Shown: one piece after another, positions 11,019 to 22,475 of the stretch | Numbering within the stretch: the stretch's first letter is position 1 | Layout: each line of letters opens with the position of its first letter | DNA from: Lepidodermella squamata | Taxonomy: Eukaryota; Animalia; Gastrotricha | DNA: 64,000 nucleotides | Assembly (NCBI GenBank): GCA_047495785.1 | Contig: JBLDXI010000007.1 | Span: forward strand, 2,356,001 to 2,420,000 | Direction: 5' to 3' | Translations under genes and position numbers: made by a program | Notes under the pieces: generated by a model | Told to the model about the DNA's origin: nothing | Database searches by the model: none | The model's input: the letters and a program-made list of their open reading frames with translations, nothing else

Positions 11019-13371
11019 ATGGGCGTTGTAGCAATAGAACGCGCCGTTTTCGCTTTAGTCACCCTAATTATATCAACCATCGAAGCTGAATTCCAGTATC
11101 AATCAGGGTCGTCGAACCCTAAGGGCACAACGCCCTCGTTAGAGAGCCGCCTCGTTTCGTGGTGCATCGTGCCCGGCGTCGGCCGTAATGGTTCTGTTAT
11201 CGATATGGACCGGCTAGTAGTCGCGCAAAGTATAGTCGTTGTAGGCACCCAGGTGCGCATCAACTGTGATCCAGGGTTCATCGTACAAGACGGCACAATC
11301 GGCTCGGTTTGCCTCAAAAATGGCTACTGGTCTGATTATCTCGGCATATGCGTGAAAGGTGATAGTTTTTTCATTTTATTTAAATTTGGAAAATAATTTC
11401 AATTTTAGCCGATCAACCGTGGCCTCCACTTAATCCTTTTATGATGTTCAAAACGAAACCGCCTACCACACCTATCCCGAGGAAGTCATCCATTCGGCTA
11501 ATAACAATCAATGCTAGTAGTTATAGACCAGCTCATAAGGCCTTATTAGAAGGTTCGCAGTCACATAGCGTCGAAAAATCATCGAATGTCTCATCTCAGC
11601 AACAAGTCATTATGTTCCACACGCCTGATCCGCCTAAAATAACCGCCCGGTTGAAGAAGCCGACGTCAACCCGGGCTAAACTTCAATTTAAATCAGTCCG
11701 AAATAAGAAGAAAAACGCGATTCAGAACGACGAGCCGTTGCCTGATAGGGCGCCCTATGCTGATGTTGATGCCGAGGGTGAGAAAGATGCGACTCAGTAC
11801 AACGACCCGAGGCCGGTTGCGATGAACTCGAGATCGGCGTCGAGCACGAGCGACTACTGCGGCATAACTGGAGCGAGAAATACGGTGGCTTACAAGGTTT
11901 TCGGCGGCAAATCGGCGCCTCAAAACGCTTATCCGTGGATGGTAAATAAATCAAAAAAATATATCATTTATTAATTATTTATCATTTTTTCTTACATTTT
12001 AAATTATTTTTAAATTTAAATTGGATTTTCCGGAATTTTTTATTGAGATTTTATATTTTATTTTTTTAGGCCAGGCTTCAATTTTGGCTGCCCCCTAATA
12101 CTGCTCATTATTGCGGCGCGACCTTGATCTCGAAAAAGTGGCTGCTCACAAGTGCGAGTTGTCTTTTAATTAGGTCAGCCTATGATTGTCCACTTTTAAT
12201 TAATTAATTTTATCACTTTTGTTGTTTCAGGCCTATTGTTAAAAGCCGCGTGTTACTGTCGAGTTACAGTCGCGCTGAAATAGGCCGAAATGCGGGCGAG
12301 CGCATATTGAGCTACACGCGGGTAGTTGCGCATCCTAATTACGACAAATCAAAGCCGTACTACTTCAATTATGCCCTACTCGAGCTGAATGCGACGATTG
12401 AACCTAACGATTCGATACGGCCGATTTGTCTGCCTGACGATCCTAACATTTGCGACAACACTGTAGATAATTACCCGGTTGAGGCGACTACAATAGACTC
12501 GTGCAGCCAAGTCATTTCGGCTGGATGGGGGCTAGCAAGTAAGTTTTCTCGAAAAATATTAAAAATAATTTAATAAAATTAACAAGGTAATTTTTTGTTG
12601 AATTTAGAAATTTTAATTGAGTTCGTAAAAATTGGGCATTGAGGAGAAATTTATGGTGAACGAATTGTCTGAAACTGGGTCATTTTCCTCAAATCATTGG
12701 AAAATCTATACATTTTTTCTAAAAATATATTTCGATAGAGGAAAAATCGGGGATTACAAATTTGAAAACCCCATATTTTTATCCCACACCATTACGGAGA
12801 TATTCGTATGCCATGTGGGTCACGTGACCTGACCTAATTTCACACCTGAGCGATTATCTCGAGAACGGTGTTATCTAGGAAGCCGCTCTCAAAGGAAAAG
12901 GTTATCAGCAGGATGCGATCTACTTGGAAATTTATTTTCACTGGAATACTCGGAAAATTAGGAAGCGTGAAGCGTATCAAACGCTTTCACATTTTTCCTC
13001 GTTATTTCATTTTTTTCGAACTGATGTCCCTTGATTAATTCTATGTTTAATTTCTGTATTTAGATATAGGCTGGGACTGGAATTATCCGAACGAGCTGCG
13101 CCACGTAGCTATGAACTACGTGTCGCACGAAAAATGCAGCCCAATTGCTGGCGACTTGCTGCCCAATGAAATGTGCGCAGGTGGCACGGACGGCCGCGAC
13201 TCCTGTGTGGGCGACAGTGGCGGTCCTTTGATGTGCCTGGTCGGCGATCGCTACCACCTGGTCGGCGTCACATCGTCTGGAACTTCGTCGATTTGCGGGA
13301 CTGACGGCAAGCCAGGCATTTACAGCCGCGTATGTTCTGTCGTTAAATGGATCAGACAGGTCATCGCATAA
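11019..13371 (+). CDS. Secreted CCP + serine protease homolog (predicted inactive)
   Basis: Six exons starting at 11019, 11409, 12070, 12231 and ~13064 region. Signal peptide, one CCP, a low-complexity linker and a K-VFGG activation site. TSASC replaces TAAHC and NYAL replaces DIAL, while GDSGGP is kept. Confidence 0.85.
12731..12928. repeat. Dispersed repeat, copy 2 (intronic)
   Basis: Homologous to 2081-2278. Confidence 0.75.
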
Positions 13372-13892
13372 TGCGGGAATGGATCAAAAATATTTTGTAA
13401 AATAATCGGTCATTTTTTTTTACGAAGAATTAATCAGTATTATAAATGTGAAAAATGTTAACCCTCTCCCAATTGTAATTAACCTCAATTTTAGCCACCC
13501 CGAAATCGCAATTCGAAAAATTAACAAAAAAAGAAATGATAATTTCCCGGGGTGGCTAAAATACAAGTTTTTACTCCTTCTCATCCTCTGTTCAACAGTA
13601 TTGTAACGATATTTTATTGTAAATCTTTCTTCTACAAATGTTAGTTTTGAAAATGTGACCTGATGATATGATGTGTGTTTTTCATACCTGCTTGTGTTGA
13701 TGAAACAATAAAAATCGCTTTTGCTAATGGCCATTGCGTTGTTTGCGTTGTTAACGAGTTTCTACAACACATAACCTAGTTTTAATGACACGTGCTCACG
13801 CGTCATTTGACCTGGTTTCGCGCAAGGAGCTGTCGCATCAAATTGGCAAAATGACCTGATGATAATCACCGACATTCAATGAATTATAAAAC

Positions 13893-15975
13893 ATGACATC
13901 TTTCCTTACAATTTTATGCCTTATTGCTGTAAAAATTATACCAGCGTTTGCCCCAGGAAATCAAGCAGCTTATTACAGAAATTCGAAAAATGCACCTTCT
14001 CCTCAAATAGGTAACGACGAATAATTTTTTTAATTAAATTTTTCAATAATTTTTTTTACCAGCTTCTGTAGTTAAGTGTGCTCCTATTCCGCAAATTCAA
14101 GATGGAGTCGTCGAAGCTAGGGACGAAACAACTCGGCCCGGTTCAACTCTTCGCGTCAACTGTTCCCGCGGCTTTGTAATCATCGGCCTGCCCTTCATAA
14201 AATGCGCTAATGACGGCAAATGGCACTGGCCTGGCTCCTGCGAGTGGTCAACAGACGTCGAGAAAAAACAGCGCCAGTTAATCGACACCGCAGGCCGGGC
14301 GAGCGACAGTGAATTGGCTAAAGATTTGATTTTTCAAGGCTACGACATCAATTGGCAAGACCCTGAACCTCCAGCTGCTGCTGCTTGCTCGCCGCTGGCT
14401 CAAAATTTCGTCAATCAAACGGCGTTATTTCGAGCCTTGGCCTGCCGCCAGAGTGACGAGTTCATTCAATTTCTACTCGAAAACGGCGCAGATCCGAAAA
14501 TTAAGGCGACAAATTTGAAGCAGAAGGGCATTTATATGATAAAATTCGAAATCGACGCCCTCCACACGGCGATTTTGTCGGGTTATGACGTCAAATTGCT
14601 GCAGCGGTTGATCGAAAGCGGCGCCAGCATTGAATCCCACAGTCTTTTCTTGGAGGATGGCGCTTATTCAGCTCTCATGTGCGCTGCAAAAATGGGAAAT
14701 CTGAAAGCGGTAAAAAATTTTATAAAAATTTGCAAATTTTAAGGCGGGTTTTTCTGAAAACGTTCGTCTTAATTTGTTCTACTGTGGTCGGAGGAATTGC
14801 ATTTTTTATTTTTTTTCTAAAATCCAGCGAAAATAAAATGTACTTATTTTCTCAATTTGAGTGAAATATGAGGGAATTCTGAGGGTAAAAAAATTGAAAT
14901 GTTCTAAATTTCAAGGCGCATTTTTCCATTTTATTGAAATTTCTTCAAATTGCAGCGTGTCCCAGAAGTTGCGCATTTTTTTGAGGGAAATTGAACTAAT
15001 TTTATTTGATTAAACCTACCCAGTGAAAACCCGATATTTAATCGAAAAAAATGGGAAATTTACCGGAGAAAACCCGGAAAACCCCGATGGTTACTGGTTC
15101 GGTAATTTTCGGTATTTTACCCGGTTGGACCAATTTTCTCCGGAATTTTTTAATCCCATTAACATGCATGTTAATGGGATTAAAAAATTCCGGAGAAAAT
15201 TGGTCCAACCGGGTAAAATACCGAAAATTACCGAACCAGTAACGTGATACTTGATTATCACGTGATACTTGATAATCCCATTACTTGATTACTATTCTCG
15301 TGATTTGTTGTATTTTCCACAATTTTTCTGGCTACGGCGACAAAACAGCAACTGCGCAAAACAGCGAATGCGACAAAATAACAACTTTTTTATTTCGCGA
15401 CAAAACAGCGAAAACAGTATGCAAAAGATGCATCGAGTTTCTGCTGTTATGTCGCGTTTGCTATTTGGATATTTGCTGTTATGTCGGCCTGCCTTTTTCC
15501 GGCCATGAGATGTTAATTTCATTTTCAGTTTCTGGACCTTTTCCGTGTATTTTCTTTTTGTCTTTTGTCTTTTTAGTAAAAAAATTTCATTTTGACCAAT
15601 TTTATTTTCCAGGTTGAAATGTTACTCGAACGCGGTGCAACTAGTTCGGTGAACGAGGCGCTATTCACCGCAATCGATGCTTCGGTTCGCGAAGAAACTC
15701 GTAAACAAATGGTTATACTACTGCTCGACAACGGCGCCACGGTCGAGGCGTCAAAACGCGGCAAAACTCTGCTGACAACAGCAGCACGAACCGGCTCGAA
15801 CACGATCATAAAATTACTACTTGATCGCGGCGCGGATATCAACAAGAAGTCACGTGATGGCACAACTGCCATCAGATCAGCGGCCATGTACAACAGACGT
15901 GATACTGTTAGATTTCTGCTCACGTTAGGTGCTAACCCTGAAGATTGCGATATTCCTGTTGTTTGTGAAGTGTAA
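13893..15975 (+). CDS. Signal peptide + CCP + ankyrin-repeat protein (375 aa)
   Basis: Exons 13893-14010, 14063-14709, 15613-15975 join in frame. MTSFLTILCLIAVKIIPAFA leader, CCP CAPIPQIQDG...C...C...W..C, then ankyrin repeats (TALFRA, ALHTA, ALMCAA, LLDRGADIN, LLTLGANP). Confidence 0.85.
15090..15243. repeat. Perfect 154-bp palindrome in an intron
   Basis: GTTACTGGTTCGG...AACATG|CATGTT...CCGAACCAGTAAC, with no spacer. Confidence 0.9.
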
Positions 15976-16246
15976 AATAAATTAGTTAAAATATTAGCGT
16001 GATGACCTCATCGCGATGACCTATCTACCTATCACGCTCAGTCTGATGAATTTTACCAATCGATTTGTCTTGTTGAGAGGAATGGTTTGATATCACAGTA
16101 AAGTTCGCGAAAATCGATTTTCTACGAGTTTCATTAGCCTTAGTAACGGTCATAATATTTCTAATTTTATCGAAAAGAATATCGAATTTCGGCCATGTTG
16201 ACTCGCGATATACATAGCATCCTCATTCGCTCGATTTTCTTTCAGG

Positions 16247-17617
16247 ATGTCGACTACTTTATATTTAGTTGCTCTGTCATTGAGCGTGGCAAATTTTCAG
16301 GCAACTGAGAAACCCTACAAATTGCTTGTATTTTCAACTGCAACCTTCACTGGATCCGAGCCAAGAGATGGCAGGATCTGCCGAGCCGCAATGCAAGTCG
16401 CAGTCAATACAGCTAATTCTCGGCGCAACATATTGCCAGGCTACGAAATTGAGACCGATTTCCGGGACGAAGGTTACGGGGCAGTATTGGCGCCAAAATC
16501 TTACATCAACTTCCTCCGTGACGCCGAAGCTAAAATATCTGGAGATTGGAAGCGCAGAACCTTTCTAGCTCCGATATTGCTAGGGACATATCTTAGTTGC
16601 AACACGATATCAGGCCTTTCGAAGGCGATGAAGCAAGTTCAGATCACGCATGGCTGTAGCGGGTCTAGATTCACGGCGTCTCGATCAGTCTATCCGCACC
16701 TTTATCGAAGCAAAATTCCGTTGGATACCCAACTAATCCCTCTTGTAGCTTTCCTTTTGGATGAATCGACCAAGCAGCTTGAAATCGGTCGAATTACATT
16801 TGGAACAACATTTGTCTATAGAGAACCTGAAGCCGACTACATAACCCAACATCTGCTTGAAGTTGGTAAGCGATTCGTCTATGACTATGAGACTTCTGGA
16901 GCCACCGACTCTGTGGCGTGGGAAATCAAGCGAGGAAAAGCTCGTATTGTCTTTTTTACTGGCTCGCTTAGTACCCCTCAGTTGATTTCGATGTTGTGTT
17001 TAGCTTGGCATGCCGGCGCGCGGCCGCCTCAGTTCGTTTTTGTGGCCGCTTCCACGTACTTCATCGATTTTAATCAGATTCTTCGCTTTTCGAGTAACTG
17101 TACTAGGCAAATGCTGGCTGAACAACTACAGCAGACCTTCTGGAGTGGTCCCTTCGATTTCGCGATTGAAAATCACGGCAATACAAGTTTCGGATACGGC
17201 CAGCGGGAATTTGACCTACTTTTGGACAATTTAACGAACAGCCTCAGATCGCCGGATTACGATCGCCGTCACAGGTGTTTCGACGCGATGGCTCAAGCTA
17301 TTCTAGCATTACATTACGGGGAGAGTATCCTCAATTCCAAGAACAAAACTCTTTGTGATTTCGCGGATGATCCTGATTCAGTTTGGGAAGCTGTTAATCA
17401 AAGTGCTGCAGCAACTGATTTTGTAGGTTTGAGAATCGGGAGGATCAGGTACTCGCCTAGGTTGGAGGTAGACTATGAGCCGATGTACCTTGCGAAATGG
17501 ACTCCAAATGATGGTTTTAGCATCACACTTAGAGCAACATATCACGGTAACTCAACTGGCAGGTTGTTCAATATTACCGACTATGGCATACAATGGCTTA
17601 ATCGACCAACATGGTGA
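16247..17617 (+). CDS. Venus-flytrap ectodomain-only paralog of the class C GPCRs
   Basis: Signal peptide plus a VFT colinear with the paralogs. TGA falls just after W, about 25 aa before the TM1 position. Confidence 0.75.
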   Translation: MSTTLYLVALSLSVANFQATEKPYKLLVFSTATFTGSEPRDGRICRAAMQVAVNTANSRRNILPGYEIETDFRDEGYGAVLAPKSYINFLRDAEAKISGDWKRRTFLAPILLGTYLSCNTISGLSKAMKQVQITHGCSGSRFTASRSVYPHLYRSKIPLDTQLIPLVAFLLDESTKQLEIGRITFGTTFVYREPEADYITQHLLEVGKRFVYDYETSGATDSVAWEIKRGKARIVFFTGSLSTPQLISMLCLAWHAGARPPQFVFVAASTYFIDFNQILRFSSNCTRQMLAEQLQQTFWSGPFDFAIENHGNTSFGYGQREFDLLLDNLTNSLRSPDYDRRHRCFDAMAQAILALHYGESILNSKNKTLCDFADDPDSVWEAVNQSAAATDFVGLRIGRIRYSPRLEVDYEPMYLAKWTPNDGFSITLRATYHGNSTGRLFNITDYGIQWLNRPTW

Positions 17618-18262
17618 GCACCCACGGCAGGAAAAAGCACACATATCCTAATAACAAATTGTCAAGTCTCAAGTTGTGACTTACATCGGTTTCATTTGAT
17701 AAATATTCTTTTAGAAATGCTTATTATTGCGATTTCTCTGCTTCTTCTCTTTTTGACTCAGCTCGAATCAATAATCAAATTCCCCCATCTGAGGCCACCC
17801 TAGGATTTGTCTAGGATTTTGTGTTGCGTTACCACGGATAAAATAGGTAAGTGACTATTCAATAAAGTTCAGTGAAAGTGAGTTACGGACTACGGCTCGT
17901 GAGTTTATTTCAGTTCAATATGATCAGTGTTTCACTCCTTGCTTAGTGAAAGCAAATGAGAGAAGTTTAACTCCGGTCCACCTGGATCCTGTTCGTTTGC
18001 ATCCTCAGTAAGCATTCCAGGAAGCTGAAATATCTCCATTATTACCTGCCAAAGACTACATACTTGCCTAGGTCGAAAGCTGCACTACTACCTGCGTCGA
18101 GAAGCTCGCAGAAAAGTGTCACGTAACTCCTGTTCTTTAATGATTTCATTCTCGGAGTCACGCTCTCGCTTCTAGTGAGAGAGGTTAATATGCCTAATTC
18201 GAAATTCGCCAGTCTTCTAAAAAACATTCATTTGCATTTCAGTCTTTCGAGCACTTTGCAGC

Positions 18263-20572
18263 ATGATTAACGTAGCGGCTGGTCTTATCATACTATTAAC
18301 TCATGTCTTTCAGATCAATGCCCAAAAACCGTATAAATTATTGCTATTCTCAACGGCAACGTATACAGGTTCCGAGCCAAGAGATGGGCGTATTTGCCAG
18401 GCTGCGACGCAGGTTGCTGTTAACACTGCTAACTCTCGAACCGACTTGCTGCCTGACTATGAGCTCGTAACAGACTTTCGAGACGAAGGATTTCAAGCTC
18501 AATTGGCTCCGAGAAGCTACGTCGCATTCATCAGAGCTGCGGAAGATAAAATCAAGGCGGATCGGTCAAATCGAACGTTTTTAGCCCCTGCGATGTTGGG
18601 GACTCTCCAGACATGCAACCTTATAACTCGCATCTCTCAATTTATGAGGCAGATACAGTTCACGCCAGGTTGCAGTGGGCCTCAATTTACAGCGTCTCGC
18701 ATGATTTACCCTCACCTTTACCGCAATCGAATACCATCTGACTTTCAAGTTGTACCGATTTGTGCTTTGATAGTATCGACATCTCGATGGCAGCAGTACG
18801 GGTTAGTCGGCTTTTCCGCATCATCTGACAGTTTCGTCAAGGACACCGTTGCTCAGAGCGCGGAACTCTACTATGGAAAACGTGTTGTCCTCGGGATTAG
18901 CAGCGAAACCGTGAATGACGGCTTGATGTGGCAGATTCGACGAAGTGACGCTAGAATCATCTTCGTGGCTACCGGATCGGTAGCCCAGAGCACTCAGTTC
19001 CTATGTCTAGCTTGGCACGCCGGTGTCAGACCCCCATCATTTGTATTCTCAATCGTGTCGACAAACTTCATCGATCCAACAGCGAGTGATATCAGATTAC
19101 CAGGCAACTGCACGAGGGACATTTTGTCACTACAAGTGCAGCACACATTATGGACCGGACCTTTCGACTTCGCGATTGAAGATCACGGCAATACGAGTTT
19201 CGGATACGACCAGCAAGGATTTGACTTACTTTTGGACAATTTGACGAACAACTCCCGATCGCCGGATTACGTGCGTCGCCACAGGTGTTTCGACTCGATG
19301 GCTCAAGCTATCCTGTCATTGGATGGAGGAGAGCAGATTTTGAATGCTAGGAACAAATCCTTAAAAGATTTCGCTCACAGCCCCGATTTGGCCTGGAAGG
19401 CAGTAAATGAGAGTGCAGCAGTTTCTGATTTTGTAGGGTTGCGAATAGGACGCATCAGGTACACTCCAAGACTTGAACTTGACTACGAGCCCTTGTATCT
19501 TACCCAATGGAGTCCTAATGAAGGAATGCGGATAATTCTTCGAGTTACCTTCAATGGAAACCCTAACGCTTCCGTTTACGACCTGCGTGACTATCAGGTA
19601 GAGAAGTTTAACGAACCAATATGGTTGACTGTGGATAAATCAGCTCCGAGAGATCTTTCAGAGGTTGTTTATATCTATGAATCAATCCCGGCCGCTGACG
19701 TAATTTTCATGGCTGTGGTAGTCAGCTTAGCCATCCTCCTCAAAATAGTCATCTGCATACGATTTAAGCATAAATCGAACAGATTTTCTGGATTAGCCGA
19801 CAATTTCATATCCGTTGTTTCGATTTTCGGATGTTTGATATCCGATGCGGCTGCTTTAAGCCTACTTTCAATTTATAGTGGTTTTTACTCCAGTGAATTA
19901 TGCCTATTACAAATCATACTTTCCGTCATCGGTATCGCTCTCGTGAATGCAACTCTCCTAGCACGACTTACTTCATTGTATCGATGGTCTCGAAAGCGTT
20001 CATTTGCAAGAAATCGGGCTAGAATCAGGAGGATTCGATACAGGCTGTCGTTCCATCAAGGAACGGCGGCTGGGGGTGAAAACTTGACGGGGGGATCGGT
20101 TCGATGGGTGATCAAGCTTTATTCTGTCATTGAAGCTGCTGTATTCCTAACTATTAATGCTGTTGTTATGTTTGCTTTCATTGCAGCAGATCCCGTATAT
20201 CTGGTACCTCAAGGCAGTCCTGTTCAATACGAATTAAATATGGATGCTTATACGTCGCATGTAAAGGTTTTCTGCAGCTCGCGATACCTTAGACTCTGGG
20301 CACCTCTCCTTGCTGTTTTTCATGTTGCACTGCTAGCTTTAGGCACTGCCATGGTTTTCGAGTATAGATCTGTCGGGAAGAGACACGTGATGATTCGAGC
20401 TGCTGCTATTAATGCATTAACAATCATGGCTGTTGTGATAGGCTTGATGGTCCTACTCCCGAATGATAGGCTCGTTATACGTGAATCGATTCTTGGTTAC
20501 GGCATACTGTTATACTCGAATTCTACCATCATTTTACAGTTTTACCAGCCGTTTTTGAGAATGCGGAATTAG
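18263..20572 (+). CDS. GABA-B-like class C GPCR, copy A
   Basis: Signal peptide and VFT (AVNTANSRTDLLPDYEL resembles the GABA-B N-terminus), no Cys-rich domain, seven hydrophobic segments, very short C-tail, intronless ORF. Confidence 0.85.
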   Translation: MINVAAGLIILLTHVFQINAQKPYKLLLFSTATYTGSEPRDGRICQAATQVAVNTANSRTDLLPDYELVTDFRDEGFQAQLAPRSYVAFIRAAEDKIKADRSNRTFLAPAMLGTLQTCNLITRISQFMRQIQFTPGCSGPQFTASRMIYPHLYRNRIPSDFQVVPICALIVSTSRWQQYGLVGFSASSDSFVKDTVAQSAELYYGKRVVLGISSETVNDGLMWQIRRSDARIIFVATGSVAQSTQFLCLAWHAGVRPPSFVFSIVSTNFIDPTASDIRLPGNCTRDILSLQVQHTLWTGPFDFAIEDHGNTSFGYDQQGFDLLLDNLTNNSRSPDYVRRHRCFDSMAQAILSLDGGEQILNARNKSLKDFAHSPDLAWKAVNESAAVSDFVGLRIGRIRYTPRLELDYEPLYLTQWSPNEGMRIILRVTFNGNPNASVYDLRDYQVEKFNEPIWLTVDKSAPRDLSEVVYIYESIPAADVIFMAVVVSLAILLKIVICIRFKHKSNRFSGLADNFISVVSIFGCLISDAAALSLLSIYSGFYSSELCLLQIILSVIGIALVNATLLARLTSLYRWSRKRSFARNRARIRRIRYRLSFHQGTAAGGENLTGGSVRWVIKLYSVIEAAVFLTINAVVMFAFIAADPVYLVPQGSPVQYELNMDAYTSHVKVFCSSRYLRLWAPLLAVFHVALLALGTAMVFEYRSVGKRHVMIRAAAINALTIMAVVIGLMVLLPNDRLVIRESILGYGILLYSNSTIILQFYQPFLRMRN

Positions 20573-21720
20573 ATTAAAGGGCCGTGTTTCTATCGGAACA
20601 CTGTCTGTATTTCGCGGAACAAAATATCTTATACCGTCGAAATCTATCGGAATAATAACAGATATAAGCATCTATTTTCATGCAAAATTACTTCTTTCCC
20701 ACTTCAATATCTTTTCCCTCGACTAATAATATCTTTTAGATGACGTAACAATCAACCACGCCTATTGCCACCACGAACAGCGGAACAGGCCTCCTTCACT
20801 GCTTAAATCTTCTGCTTCAATAACTGGAAACGTAGGTAGCTTCGGGTGACGTGACCAATAGGAGCGATAGGATCTTTACCGATATATTCTTGATCCGCCC
20901 GCAATTTATTGGTACCAGAATAATTAAAATTGAAAACTGAGTGCACATTGGAAAATTTCAGAAATTTGAAGATTTGGCTATATTAGCCAGGCTTTACTTA
21001 GCCGGGTGCAGCCATTTCTGTAGCGTGACCGCCAAATTTTTATTGCTTCATTGTTCCGACGGGAAAAAGATCCTTTCCGATAAATTCGACAATTTAGCGC
21101 ATGCATATGTCTTTCGGATAATTGTAGGTAGCGAACGAGAGACATTATTTCGATAGAAAGATATTGCTTCGACTGATGGGCAATTGGACCAGTTATTTAT
21201 TTTTAGAATTATTTTTAACAATAAACTGAGACTGTCATTCGCTAGGACCGGCAAGGGACTGGCATTCTCATCTTTTTGCCGTCGTGGTACCGTGGTGAAG
21301 GCATGGTGGGAAAAAGGGTTAACACACAAAGTAAATAAACTTGTTGTGTCAGTTTTATCAGTTGCATAGCAAATATTATGAAAGATATGAAATTTTCGTA
21401 TGAAATGTTGTACATTTTCGATGGAAAATGATGAGAAACAAATTTCCGTTTTATTCACACATGTATGTATAAGAAGAGATAGAGTGTACGAGTATGTGAA
21501 GTATGTGTAAGAGATAGAGAGTATAAGAAGAGTGAAAACTCTGAAATCATATCGTGTGTTGCGCGCCATAGCGGTGTGCCGAAAATAGAAAAGAATGGCG
21601 TAAAGGCTTTTATGCGCCGATAACATCTGACCATTCTCCTTGCAAATTCGGATAAAGACAACTCGCAGACAACTTTTTGCTTTTGAAGTAACCACTCTGC
21701 TAATTTGTTCTTCAACCAAG

Positions 21721-22475
21721 ATGCAATTAATTTACCGAATTGTTTTTCTTACGACGCTGGTATCACTTCAGCTGTGCCAAGACTCGCGGAATGGGGGACC
21801 AGGGCCAAAGCCGTTTCCTGAGGTAAACCTCTTGGTTAGGAACAATAAAGAAGACTTCAACTGGCATACTTTCATGGAAGTGTACCGTCATGTCAGCACA
21901 GTTGATATTCATTGGGATAGTGAGATGACGGCAATACCAGCAGCAAACAGCAAACAAATTGCATCTTTAATAAAACAACATGGTATAACTAACGTTTTGT
22001 AACTTTTGTTTTCACCTAATCACATTAGTTGATGCAATCAGAGAAATTTCCAAAAATTCAAGCAGCGCTTACTGAAATGGATGAAGGATATTCGCCATAT
22101 CTAAAAGTCGTGACGGATGACAGTAAAACTGAAAAGTTCGCCCATGTAATCCTGGGACACGGAATGAACAGCGATGGAACTCGAAAAGTTATCATAATCC
22201 GGGTCAACCAAGTATCTAGCATCAGCTTTATTGGATTAATTTCGACAGTTGGACTCTCTGTTGCGTTGTATTCATGTTTACCGACTGGAATCGCATTTTT
22301 AGGATATCAAGTATCTTCAAGTGGATTTGCATTTGCCGCTTTCATTGCAAAGGTTGGGATTGACTACGGCGTTTCCGCGAAAGATGTGGCTCTGGTGGCA
22401 GCCATCAAAGAATTAGTACATGCTGGTTTATTGACATTTTCTCCTGAAGGAAAGCTGGAATTGCCAAGCAACTAA
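21721..22475 (+). CDS. Orphan signal-peptide protein with hydrophobic C-terminal half
   Basis: MQLIYRIVFLTTLVSLQLC leader. A probable intron 21983-22041 joins ORFs 21640 and 22029 in frame; the acceptor choice is uncertain. Confidence 0.55.

Noticed and set aside
16236-18262. Splice acceptors just before GPCR start codons as evidence of SL trans-splicing
   Set aside because: Upstream donor-like sites exist (for example AG|GTAAGT near 17846), so ordinary 5' UTR introns explain them.
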